From Patescibacteria group bacterium (GTDB lineage Bacteria; Patescibacteriota; SICC01), in contig JBBDXB010000006.1 of assembly GCA_040902515.1 (NCBI GenBank), positions 335,814 through 399,813 on the forward strand: a DNA stretch of 64,000 nt, in the 5' to 3' direction. Shown here one piece after another: positions 43,109 to 52,027 of the stretch. A model generated the notes under the pieces. That model did not search any database. It saw nothing but the letters and a program-made list of their open reading frames with translations, and was not told the origin of the DNA. The position numbers and the translations under genes are program-made. Numbering within the stretch: the first letter of the stretch is position 1; every line of letters starts with the position of its first letter.

Positions 43109-44995
43109 ATGAATCAACAACCACGACAATCAAACAACAACGACCGCTCGAAGCGGCCCCGCCGCTCCGGCGGCCAAAGAGGTGGCCAGGGTGGCCAAGG
43201 CGGCCAGGGTGGCCAGCGGCGCAACCGCCCGTCACGCGGCGGCGGACGCCGCCGCGGAGGACCGCCCCGCCGCTCCAACGGACCGCTGATCGGACCGGTG
43301 GCCCCGCCGACCGGAAAGCCGGCACCGCCGGGACCGAACCATTTGCGGATCATCCCGATGGGTGGCCTCGGTGAGATCGGCCTGAACTGCATGGCTCTGG
43401 AATACGGCAATGACATCATCATCATCGATGTCGGCCTGATGTTCCCCGACCAGACGATGCCGGGCGTGGACCTCGTCATCCCGGACGTCTCGTACCTCGA
43501 GGCCCGGAAGGACCGGATCCGCGGCATCTTCATCACCCATGCCCACCTCGACCACATCGGCGGCGCGCCGTACCTGGTGCCGAAGCTCGGCTTCCCGCCG
43601 GTCTACGCGACCCGGCTGGCCGACGGCTTCATCAAGGCGCAGCTGGAGGAGCACAAGCTCGACCGGCGGGTGCAGGTCAATACGTTCAAGTTCGACGACA
43701 AGATCAAGGCGGGCGTCTTCACGGTCGAGGCCTTCCACATCAATCACAACATTCCCGAAGGAGTCGGGTTCGCGATCACCACGCCGCTCGGCGTCGTGAC
43801 GCACTCCGGCGACTTCAAGTTCGACAAGACGCCGATCGCGGACACGCCGGCGGAATTCGACAAGATCAAGCGGATCGGCGAGCACGGCGTGCTGCTCGCG
43901 ATGAACGACTCCACCAACGTGGAGAAGCCCGGCCGGACCGTTTCCGAGATCGAGATCGAGAAGAACCTGATCGAACAGATCTCCAAGGCCAAGGGCCGGG
44001 TGATCATGTCGACGTTCGCTTCGCTCGTGTCACGGCTCCAGGAAGCGATCGATGCGGCCGAGAAGAACGGCCGGAAGGTCTGTATCGTCGGCCGCTCCAT
44101 GCTCAAGAACGTCGAGATCTGCCAACGGCTCGGCTACATCAAGATCCCGAAGGGGATCCTGGTGGACGTGCGGAAGCTCAAGGGCATCCCCGACCGGGAG
44201 CTCCTGGTGATCTGCACCGGCTCGCAGGCGACCGAGTTCTCGGCGCTGCTCCGGATGTCCACCGGCGAGCACGCACAGATCCAGATCAAGCAGGGCGATA
44301 CGGTGATCCTTTCCAGTTCGCCGGTACCCGGCAACGAGCGCGCGGTCGAATCCATGATGGACGACCTGTTCCGGCTCGGCGCGGACGTAATCTATAACAA
44401 GATGTATGACATCCACACCTCGGGACATGCCCAACAGGACGAGCTGCGCGAGATGATCCAGATGCTTCGGCCGAAGCACTTCATGCCGATCCACGGCGAG
44501 TACCGCAAGCGCGTACTCCATGGGCGGATCGCGAACGAGGAAGGCATTCCGCCGGCCAACGTACACATCCTCGACAACGGCCGGGTGCTTGAGGTCAAAG
44601 GCCCGGACCGGGTGGAGCTCACCAAGGAGCGCGCCGGCGGCGGCCTGGTACTCGTGGACGGCCTTGGTGTAGGCGACATCGGCCAGGTGGTCCTGCGGGA
44701 CCGCCAGCACATGGCCGAGGACGGCATGCTTGTGGCGATCATCACGGTGGACCGTCGCAGCGGCCAGTTGATCGGTAGCCCGGATATCATCTCCCGCGGC
44801 TTCGTCTATCTGAAGGAGTCCGGGAAGCTCATGGGCCAGGTCCGGGGCGAGATCAAACGGATGTTCAAGGGTGCGGAGAAACGGCCGAGCGAATGGTCGG
44901 CGACCAAGAACAAGGTCCGCGACGACCTCGGCGATTTTCTCTACGCCGAGACTGAACGCCGTCCGATGGTGATTCCGGTAATCATCGAAGTTTAG
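43109..44995 (+). CDS. rnj: ribonuclease J with ~90-aa Arg/Gly/Gln-rich N-terminal extension
   Basis: Metallo-beta-lactamase HxHxDH (THAHLDHIGG), beta-CASP domain, RNase J C-terminal domain. Confidence 0.9.
   Translation: MNQQPRQSNNNDRSKRPRRSGGQRGGQGGQGGQGGQRRNRPSRGGGRRRGGPPRRSNGPLIGPVAPPTGKPAPPGPNHLRIIPMGGLGEIGLNCMALEYGNDIIIIDVGLMFPDQTMPGVDLVIPDVSYLEARKDRIRGIFITHAHLDHIGGAPYLVPKLGFPPVYATRLADGFIKAQLEEHKLDRRVQVNTFKFDDKIKAGVFTVEAFHINHNIPEGVGFAITTPLGVVTHSGDFKFDKTPIADTPAEFDKIKRIGEHGVLLAMNDSTNVEKPGRTVSEIEIEKNLIEQISKAKGRVIMSTFASLVSRLQEAIDAAEKNGRKVCIVGRSMLKNVEICQRLGYIKIPKGILVDVRKLKGIPDRELLVICTGSQATEFSALLRMSTGEHAQIQIKQGDTVILSSSPVPGNERAVESMMDDLFRLGADVIYNKMYDIHTSGHAQQDELREMIQMLRPKHFMPIHGEYRKRVLHGRIANEEGIPPANVHILDNGRVLEVKGPDRVELTKERAGGGLVLVDGLGVGDIGQVVLRDRQHMAEDGMLVAIITVDRRSGQLIGSPDIISRGFVYLKESGKLMGQVRGEIKRMFKGAEKRPSEWSATKNKVRDDLGDFLYAETERRPMVIPVIIEV
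43181..43216 (+). repeat. 4 x 9-nt tandem repeat (GGTGGCCAG-like) encoding (GGQ)4 inside the rnj N-terminal extension
   Basis: ggtggccag / ggtggccaa / ggcggccag / ggtggccag, contiguous. Confidence 0.8.
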
Positions 44996-45016
44996 CCCGA
45001 GGTTTGACTGCCGGGC

Positions 45017-46837
45017 TCACGTAGCCGGCTGGCAGGGACCGTCCGCGGTATCGCAGACGACTTCCTGCCAGCCACCGGCGGAGAAGCTTCCCCCGGGACC
45101 GGCCGAAAAATCGATGTCGGCGAGACCGGTCAGGTACGTGATCGTCGCGTTGTTGTTCAGTTGGAGCCGCTGGGCGGTCAACGCATTGGCCCCTCCATTG
45201 TTACTGATCTGAATGGTACCGAAGGGGGCGGCCAGGACGATGCTGTCCGAGTTGTTGGAGGAATGGATGGCATTTCCGGAAGCATCGCTGGTGGCGAGCA
45301 ACAGGAAGCTGTTCGGATCGCCGCTTCCCTCGAATTCGACATTATTGGAAATGGTTACCTGTTCGTCGGCGACGATCGCTCCGCTGGAGCTGCCATAGTC
45401 CGGGTGGAGCAGGATATTGACGTTGTTGGAGAAGAGGATGGTGCCGGTCACCCAGACGGTTCCGGTCATGATCAACGTCGCACCATTCTCGACGTTCAGG
45501 TTGCCTTCGATTTTCATCGGGCCGACAGTGCGGGTCTGGCCGAGTGGAATCGTGTAATCACCGGTATGTGTCGCGCCTGCCGACGCCTGGTTCTTGAAAT
45601 CGACCAGGTTGGCTTCGGTGATCGGCAGATCCTTTTGCGGAGGATCCTCGCTACCGGGGAAGCGGGTGCCGCCGACGCTTGAGCCGTCATCCACCTGGTA
45701 GTAGGCATCGCCCGTCACATCAAGGTCCTTGATCTCGTGGGCGTGGACGTCGCCGCCGACATCCAACCGTTCCGCCCGGGTTGGCGGGCTTCCCATGAAC
45801 GCCTTGAATCCGAAATCCAGGTCCGCATCCTCCCAGTCGTGGTTGCCGTTCGAGCGCCAGCGATCGGAAAACATCCCTTGTCCGTCGGGGTATCCGTCCT
45901 GAGCTCCCCAGGCCCAGTAGTTACTCGGGGAACCGGATGTGTCTATGACGATCCAGTAGTCCTGCCCCCCGTCCAACGTCGGAGGATTCGAAAGGCTGAC
46001 TTGGATGAACTGCAAGGTATTCCCGACGGAGGCGGTGCTCAGGGTGCCGCTGGCAACCTGGTTTCCCGAGGGTTCGCCTCCGGCATCCCTGACGATGCGG
46101 ACCGTCGCGTTCGCAGGATTACCGAATTTCCGCACCAACAGGCCGACCTTGATCAGCTTGTCGCTCGCGGAAGTATCCGGCTTGAAGCGCTGTGCGACGT
46201 CAATGACGTCAGGATTGGTGGAATGCCCGAAGACGAATTCCAGGGGATCGGACGGGACGTGTTCCGGCGTCGCTTCGAGCGCGGCACCCCCGGCCACCCA
46301 GACGTCGCCGGTCACCTGTGCGCCGTTGTTGCCGACATGGTCCCCATTGGAGTAGGACGAGCCATGGATGATGGCATTGTTATTCATGTGGATGCCACCC
46401 GCCCCGGCCTGCAGCGCGTAGGCGAAATCCGCTTCCACGGAAGGAATCGGACAGTTGCTTACCTGGATCCGCCGGACCAGATCATCCACGAATCCGGAGG
46501 CGGTGACCTGCTTCGCCGATCCGCAGCTTTCGGTGGAAACGGTCTCGACGACCGTTTCCACCCGATCGGTATCACTGAACGTCGTGGTAAGCGTCGTGCT
46601 GGTGCTTCCGTATGACGCATTGCGCTTCATCTGGAGCAGGGCGTCCTCAGTGCCGCTCTCCGCGTGATAGAGGCTTTGGACGGAGCCGACCCGCTGGTTC
46701 GAGATGCGGTAATTGATCACCGAGGTCGTTACCATCGCGGCGGCGATCACCACGACGATCGCCGAATACATGCCGACGCCGAGGATGCCGATTACGCCGC
46801 GCTGGTCCGTCAGCCGTCGGATGCCCGCGCGCCTCAC
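45017..46837 (-). CDS. large pilus-associated protein (606 aa; putative minor-pilin/tip or PilY/PilX-like), last gene of the prepilin operon
   Basis: N-terminal hydrophobic anchor. Gly/Asn/Thr-rich beta-type composition. ATGA overlap with the upstream prepilin gene. Confidence 0.55.
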   Translation of the reverse strand: MRRAGIRRLTDQRGVIGILGVGMYSAIVVVIAAAMVTTSVINYRISNQRVGSVQSLYHAESGTEDALLQMKRNASYGSTSTTLTTTFSDTDRVETVVETVSTESCGSAKQVTASGFVDDLVRRIQVSNCPIPSVEADFAYALQAGAGGIHMNNNAIIHGSSYSNGDHVGNNGAQVTGDVWVAGGAALEATPEHVPSDPLEFVFGHSTNPDVIDVAQRFKPDTSASDKLIKVGLLVRKFGNPANATVRIVRDAGGEPSGNQVASGTLSTASVGNTLQFIQVSLSNPPTLDGGQDYWIVIDTSGSPSNYWAWGAQDGYPDGQGMFSDRWRSNGNHDWEDADLDFGFKAFMGSPPTRAERLDVGGDVHAHEIKDLDVTGDAYYQVDDGSSVGGTRFPGSEDPPQKDLPITEANLVDFKNQASAGATHTGDYTIPLGQTRTVGPMKIEGNLNVENGATLIMTGTVWVTGTILFSNNVNILLHPDYGSSSGAIVADEQVTISNNVEFEGSGDPNSFLLLATSDASGNAIHSSNNSDSIVLAAPFGTIQISNNGGANALTAQRLQLNNNATITYLTGLADIDFSAGPGGSFSAGGWQEVVCDTADGPCQPAT

Positions 46838-47343
46838 TGCGACCTCGTGGTTATCGTGGTGTCGAGCATGAGGTCGGCCGATTCCCCACCGCTGCTGCGC
46901 CGGAGCGATCCGTCTACCCGTACCGCGGCCAGCGCTCCGTCCGTGCAGGTCGGGAAGAACGAGAGGTCCTGGACGGTCGTGCCGGGCGAGAGCAGGACTT
47001 CGCTCTGGCCCGACTCATCGGTGTAACGGATCCGGTTGTCGGAGATGTCATACCGGCGCGTCTGACCTCCGGAAAGGGAGACCGTCAGAGCATCGGCGTT
47101 TTGGACGTTGCAGACGGTCGGTGAAGCCACCCCGATGGCCGGCTTGAGATGGCCGGACAGGTGTCCCGACACGGCGTCCACGTCGCGTTGGAGTTCCTGC
47201 ACCAACCGGTCCTGGAGGCTCGTCTTGAGAATGATCGAATAGAGCGTGGCGGCAGCGAGGGCCAGGAGGATGAAGATACTGAATGCCACGATCAGCTCGA
47301 TCAGGGTGAGTCCGGACTGCCGGTTGGTGATGCGATGTGTCAT
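46834..47343 (-). CDS. type IV prepilin-like protein
   Basis: Class III signal peptide MTHRITNRQSG|LTLIELIVAFSIF (G-1, E+5). Confidence 0.75.
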   Translation of the reverse strand: MTHRITNRQSGLTLIELIVAFSIFILLALAAATLYSIILKTSLQDRLVQELQRDVDAVSGHLSGHLKPAIGVASPTVCNVQNADALTVSLSGGQTRRYDISDNRIRYTDESGQSEVLLSPGTTVQDLSFFPTCTDGALAAVRVDGSLRRSSGGESADLMLDTTITTRSQ

Positions 47344-47864
47344 TGCCAGTTGGTGAGATAGGCGTACAGCGAGCGGGTGACGGTCCGGTTTCCCTGTTCC
47401 CAGGTGACGGTCACGGTGGTGCGACGGGTGTCCGGATCGTCGAACTGGCCGCAGTTGCTGCCGGTACAGATCCGGTCCCCAGCGGTCAGGGTACCGGATC
47501 CGTCGCTATCCTCGCGATGGACGTCCTCGAACCGGACGGTGCGGGTGTACTCTCCGATGGCCTCGCTACCCTCGGTCAGGGTCCACGGCGGCGCCGTTCC
47601 GGGCTGGGCATGCAGCCGGTAGTCCGTGCCCGGAGCAGGCCCGGCGACCAGCTCCCAATCGTGGTCGCGGATGCTCCGGACCGCCTCGATGCCTTCCTGT
47701 AGGTAGTTCACTGCCTGGACGGTGTCGCGCCCCTCCTCCGAGGTAGACTTGGCCAGCAGGGTAATCTGCACGAGTGCTACCACGCCGATCACGAATACCG
47801 TCATCGCGACGACGGCCTCCACCAGCGTGAACCCGCGCTGCCCGGTGCCGATGCTACTCCGCAT
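47340..47864 (-). CDS. type IV prepilin-like protein
   Basis: MRSSIGTGQRG|FTLVEAVVAMTVFVIGVVAL prepilin signal. Confidence 0.75.
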   Translation of the reverse strand: MRSSIGTGQRGFTLVEAVVAMTVFVIGVVALVQITLLAKSTSEEGRDTVQAVNYLQEGIEAVRSIRDHDWELVAGPAPGTDYRLHAQPGTAPPWTLTEGSEAIGEYTRTVRFEDVHREDSDGSGTLTAGDRICTGSNCGQFDDPDTRRTTVTVTWEQGNRTVTRSLYAYLTNWQ

Positions 47865-48357
47865 TGATCACCCCCGAGGACTCGATCCGGACGGTACGGT
47901 TTCGCTGCGGGTCGGTACTACTGAACGTCAGGGTGCCCGACGTGCCGTCCGTGGGCTTACCGGTGACCCGTTCGAAGGTGACGTGATCCGCTGCCGGCGT
48001 CAGGTCCACCGCCAGGCTGGCCACGGAGAATTCCTCGCTCCGGACCGTCCCGGCGAATCCGCTCACGCACGGATCGGCGGTATCGTTCATGTCCTGTGCG
48101 TAGGACGTCCAGCCGTCCGCATCGAAGCAGACTCCGTACTCCTTGTTGTCCTTGGCGGCGCGAGCGTCTCCCTGCATCCGCTTAAGCTCGGCCACGGTCT
48201 CCTCGACCTCGCCGTTGAACCGCGGACCGCGGTCCTGTCCGACCAGCATGAACGTCGCGGTGGCGGCGATGCCGACGATGGTCAGGACCACGATCGCTTC
48301 CACCAACGTGAATCCGCGCTGGGTCGGGGGCAGGCAGTATCGCCTCAAGAAATGCAT
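47854..48357 (-). CDS. type IV prepilin-like protein
   Basis: MHFLRRYCLPPTQRG|FTLVEAIVVLTIVGIAA prepilin signal. Upstream in-frame starts at 48411 and 48417 would give an implausibly long leader. Confidence 0.7.
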   Translation of the reverse strand: MHFLRRYCLPPTQRGFTLVEAIVVLTIVGIAATATFMLVGQDRGPRFNGEVEETVAELKRMQGDARAAKDNKEYGVCFDADGWTSYAQDMNDTADPCVSGFAGTVRSEEFSVASLAVDLTPAADHVTFERVTGKPTDGTSGTLTFSSTDPQRNRTVRIESSGVINAE

Positions 48358-48437
48358 GTTCGTTTTTACGGTCGTTTCACGCGTCAGTATAGCCGAATGG
48401 ACAAGATTCATGAACACGGACGGCTATACTGGGGAGT

Positions 48438-50240
48438 ATGCAATCGCATATCCGGAATTTCTGCATCATCGCCCACATTGACCACGGGAAGTCCACGCTG
48501 GCCGACCGGCTGTTGGAACATACCGGTACGGTCGAGCGGCGGGACATGCGCGAACAGCTCCTCGATTCGATGGACCTGGAGCGCGAGCGCGGCATCACGA
48601 TCAAGCTCCAGCCGGTGACGATGCGCTGGAGACCGTCCGGCACGCCGGCTGCGGACACATTGGAGTTGAACCTGATCGATACGCCCGGCCACGTGGATTT
48701 CTCCTACGAGGTCTCACGGACGCTCTCGGCCTGCGAGGGCGCGCTGCTTTTGGTGGATGCCACCCAGGGCATCCAGGCCCAGACGATCGCCCACGCCCTG
48801 CGGGCCAAGGAGGAGGGGCTCCGGGTGATTCCCGCCATCAACAAGATCGACCTGCCTGCGGCCGAGCCGGAGGATACCGCCAAGGCGGTGGCGGAAACGC
48901 TGGAGTTGCCGGAGGACGACGTACTCTTCGTCTCGGCCAAGACCGGCGACGGCGTATCGGAGTTGCTCGAGGCGATCCGCGACCGCGTCCCGCCGCCGAG
49001 CGGCGATCCTGCCGCACCCCTCCGCGCCCTGGTATTCGACTCTTACTTCGATTCCTACCAAGGCGTGATTGCGTATGTCCGGGTGGTCGACGGCGAACTG
49101 CCCGCGCGTCTGCCGGTCCGCCTGATGGCCGCCGGGCGGAGCGGCGAGGCGCAGGAGGTCGGCGTGCTGACTCCGGAAAGGAAGAAGCTGCCACAGCTGG
49201 CAACCGGCAGCATCGGGTTCATGGTGACCGGGCTCAAGGACCTTTCGCAGGTCCGGGTGGGCGATACCGTCACCGCGGCCGGTACGCCCGCGCAGCAGCC
49301 GCTGCCCGGATACCAGGTGGTGGCTCCGATGGTGTTCGCCGGGCTATTCGTGCAGAGCGGCAGTGAGTTCGCCAAGCTCCGAGACGCGCTGGACCGGCTC
49401 TCGCTCCATGATGCGTCGTTCACTTTCGAGCCGGTGCAGTCGCAGGCGCTCGGGCAGGGGTTCCGCTGCGGGTTCCTGGGGCTGCTCCACCTCGACATCA
49501 TCCGCGAGCGGCTGACCCGTGAATTCGGACTCGACCTGGTGGTGACCGCCCCGACGGTGCCGTACGAGGTACGGCTCACCGACGGCAGCACGGAGACCGT
49601 CACCGATCCGGCGGAACTGCCCGATCCCACCAAGATCGCGGAGACCCGCGAGCCTTGGGCGAAACTGGAGGTCGTCTGCCGGAGCCAGGACCTTGGCGCG
49701 GTCCAGCAGTTGATCGCCGATCGCCGCGGAGCGTTCGTCGGCACGTCGTTCGCGAGCAGCGACCGCGTGCTAGTGGAGGCAGAGCTTCCGCTCGCGAACC
49801 TGGTTGCCGACTTCTACGATCAGCTCAAGGGCGTGACCGCGGGGTACGGTTCGCTGGCGTTCGAGCGCACCGGTTTCCGGGCGGCGCCGCTGGTACGGAT
49901 CGATTTCCTGATCGCCGGCGACGCGGTGTCCGGTCTCTCCGTGATCGTGCATCGCGATGAGGCCGAACGCCGGGCACGGGGCATGCTCAAGAAGCTACAG
50001 GAGGTGATCCCGCCGGCACTGTTTGAGATCGCGCTGCAGGCGGCGATCGGCGGCAAGGTGATCGCCCGTGAGAACATCAAGCCGCGGAAGAAAGACGTGA
50101 CGGCCGGTCTCTACGGCGGTGACGTCACCCGGAAGCGCAAGCTCCGCGAAAAGCAGAAGAAGGGAAAGGCCCGGATGAAAGCCAAGGGGAACATCCGGAT
50201 TCCGGCGGAAGCGTTCGTCGCGGTGCTCAAACAAGACTAG
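48438..50240 (+). CDS. lepA: elongation factor 4
   Basis: GTPase G1-G5 motifs (AHIDHGKST, DTPGHVDF, NKID) and LepA-specific C-terminal domain. Confidence 0.95.
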   Translation: MQSHIRNFCIIAHIDHGKSTLADRLLEHTGTVERRDMREQLLDSMDLERERGITIKLQPVTMRWRPSGTPAADTLELNLIDTPGHVDFSYEVSRTLSACEGALLLVDATQGIQAQTIAHALRAKEEGLRVIPAINKIDLPAAEPEDTAKAVAETLELPEDDVLFVSAKTGDGVSELLEAIRDRVPPPSGDPAAPLRALVFDSYFDSYQGVIAYVRVVDGELPARLPVRLMAAGRSGEAQEVGVLTPERKKLPQLATGSIGFMVTGLKDLSQVRVGDTVTAAGTPAQQPLPGYQVVAPMVFAGLFVQSGSEFAKLRDALDRLSLHDASFTFEPVQSQALGQGFRCGFLGLLHLDIIRERLTREFGLDLVVTAPTVPYEVRLTDGSTETVTDPAELPDPTKIAETREPWAKLEVVCRSQDLGAVQQLIADRRGAFVGTSFASSDRVLVEAELPLANLVADFYDQLKGVTAGYGSLAFERTGFRAAPLVRIDFLIAGDAVSGLSVIVHRDEAERRARGMLKKLQEVIPPALFEIALQAAIGGKVIARENIKPRKKDVTAGLYGGDVTRKRKLREKQKKGKARMKAKGNIRIPAEAFVAVLKQD

Positions 50241-50281
50241 CCCCGCAAGGGGCTAGTCGGAAGCACGCGGCTGACGCGTCG

Positions 50282-50509
50282 TCAGAACTGGACGGCCGGA
50301 CTGGCCGTGGCCTCGGCAGCTGCCGTTACTTCCGGCGAAGCCTGGATCTCGACCACGTTCTCGACCTCGACTTCGTCGACCTCGTCGACGATGAACCAGG
50401 CGTACGCGGCGGCACCGGTCACGAGCACGCCGACGACGAAGCCCCCGATAAACATCGTGAACGGATGGGCGTGGTCGTTACCCCATTGGAATACGGTGCG
50501 GTGTGGCAT
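50282..50509 (-). CDS. hypothetical small membrane protein (75 aa)
   Basis: One TM helix then an acidic tail. Convergent with lepA. Confidence 0.3.
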   Translation of the reverse strand: MPHRTVFQWGNDHAHPFTMFIGGFVVGVLVTGAAAYAWFIVDEVDEVEVENVVEIQASPEVTAAAEATASPAVQF

Positions 50510-50621
50510 GGTGAATCCTCCTTTTGCCTTGAAGCGTTACTACGGGCTTCATTGTGCGTGAACGCTCGGTTGGCCGTCAACCATGGCAGCGACCGAGCGA
50601 CCGTACCGACACCCGGGTTGC

Positions 50622-50650
50622 TTGACATGCATGCCGGTTTTTGTGAGTAT
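50622..50650 (+). promoter_or_regulatory. heat-shock operon promoter TTGACA-17-(TGt)GAGTAT
   Basis: -35 at 50622-50627. Extended -10-like element directly abutting CIRCE. Confidence 0.5.
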
Positions 50651-50676
50651 TAGCACTCACTAGTCATGAGTGCTAA
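50650..50676. promoter_or_regulatory. CIRCE operator (TTAGCACTC-N9-GAGTGCTAA), HrcA binding site
   Basis: Perfect match to the CIRCE consensus 13 nt upstream of the hrcA ATG. Confidence 0.9.
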
Positions 50677-50688
50677 AATGACAGCGAT

Positions 50689-51393
50689 ATGTTAAGTCCC
50701 CGTGAAACCCAGATCCTTCGTGCCATCGTGAACGAATACCTGCATTCGGCGCAGCCGGTCGGTTCACGCGTGCTCCGGGTGCGGTATGGTTTTGGCATTT
50801 CCCCGGCCACCATCCGTAACGCGATGGGTGTGCTCACGGAAGCCGGGTTCCTCGAGCAGCCGCACGTATCGGCTGGCCGGGTGCCGACCGACCGTGCGTT
50901 CCGGCTGGTCATGGAGAGCGCTTCCACGGCGGAACCGTCGCTCGCGGAGCAGCAGAAGCTGTCCGTGCGCCTGGAGAAGGCCGGGACGCCCGCACGGGCG
51001 ACCCGCAAGCTCGCCGAACAGCTGTCCGAGACCGCGGGAGCGGCCGGAATCCATCTCGACGAAGACGGCGTGCAGCTCTTCAACCTTGCCAACGTCTTCG
51101 GCCAGCCGGAGTTCGAGGATCCGCGCGTGGCATCGTACCTCGCGGAACTGTTGGACCGGGTGAAGGACTGGCTGCCGAAGCTGGCCTCCCGAGTGAACCA
51201 AGTGGGTGTGAAGATCGGCGCCGAGCATGAGGATTTCCGGGCCCGGGCCGTGGCGATGATGGGCCTCAAGGTGAAGCCGGCGGATACGTACGAAGCACGC
51301 ATCGGCGTGATCGGATCGACCCGCATGCCGTACCAGCGGCTGAGCCGGCTGTTCGATTACGGCAGGAAGGAGATGGCCCGTGTCTACGGATAA
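50689..51393 (+). CDS. hrcA: heat-inducible transcription repressor HrcA (short, 234 aa)
   Basis: N-terminal winged helix (LSPRETQILRAIVNEYLHSAQPVGSRVL…SPATIRNAMGVLTEAGFL). Sits in a CIRCE context. Confidence 0.85.
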   Translation: MLSPRETQILRAIVNEYLHSAQPVGSRVLRVRYGFGISPATIRNAMGVLTEAGFLEQPHVSAGRVPTDRAFRLVMESASTAEPSLAEQQKLSVRLEKAGTPARATRKLAEQLSETAGAAGIHLDEDGVQLFNLANVFGQPEFEDPRVASYLAELLDRVKDWLPKLASRVNQVGVKIGAEHEDFRARAVAMMGLKVKPADTYEARIGVIGSTRMPYQRLSRLFDYGRKEMARVYG

Positions 51394-52027
51394 GTCGAAG
51401 CGGGACGTACCGAAAGATCGGCAACCGGATGCCGGACGGGACCAGGACGGGAATCCGAAAGTGACGATCCGGAAGAAGGAGCGGCTGGAGCGGAAGCCCC
51501 CGAAGGGCTCCGACGAGCCGAAGGCGCGCCAGACCGGCGAAGCCGATACTCCGACGGACGGTTCCGCCGCCGACCGTTCCGGTGAGGCGGACGCGCTCAG
51601 GTCCCAGATGGCCCGGCTTCAGGCCGACTTCAGCAACTTTCGGCGGCGGACCGAGGAGGAGCGGTTGGAAGTGGCGGCATTGGCCCGCACCGACCTGGCG
51701 CTCAAGCTCCTGCCGGTGATCGATAACTTCGACCGCGCCGCGGAACATGTACCCGAGGCGGTCAAGGAAGACCCGTGGTACATGGGCATCGAAGGCATCC
51801 GGAAGCAGTTCGCGGACATGCTCGCGGAACTCGGGATCGAACGGATCGAGGCGGTCGGCCAGCCGTTCGACCCCGAGCTGCACGAGGCGTTATCGCACGA
51901 GCCGAGCGACGAGTTCGAGAAGGACGTCGCCTCGAAGGAGCTCGAAGCAGGTTACCGGATGGGCGACACGGTCGTCCGCCCGGCGAAAGTACAAGTATCA
52001 AGCGGAAAGGAGAAATCCCATGAGTAA
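51380..52027 (+). CDS. grpE: nucleotide exchange factor GrpE
   Basis: GrpE signature ([13 protein letters not shown]…; coiled-coil tail). Overlaps hrcA by 14 nt. Confidence 0.9.
   Translation: MSTDKSKRDVPKDRQPDAGRDQDGNPKVTIRKKERLERKPPKGSDEPKARQTGEADTPTDGSAADRSGEADALRSQMARLQADFSNFRRRTEEERLEVAALARTDLALKLLPVIDNFDRAAEHVPEAVKEDPWYMGIEGIRKQFADMLAELGIERIEAVGQPFDPELHEALSHEPSDEFEKDVASKELEAGYRMGDTVVRPAKVQVSSGKEKSHE

Noticed and set aside
51747-52019. 91-codon 5' extension of dnaK overlapping grpE
   Set aside because: The canonical Hsp70 N-terminus [10 protein letters not shown] starts at 52020 with a good RBS. The extension is S/R-rich and out of context.
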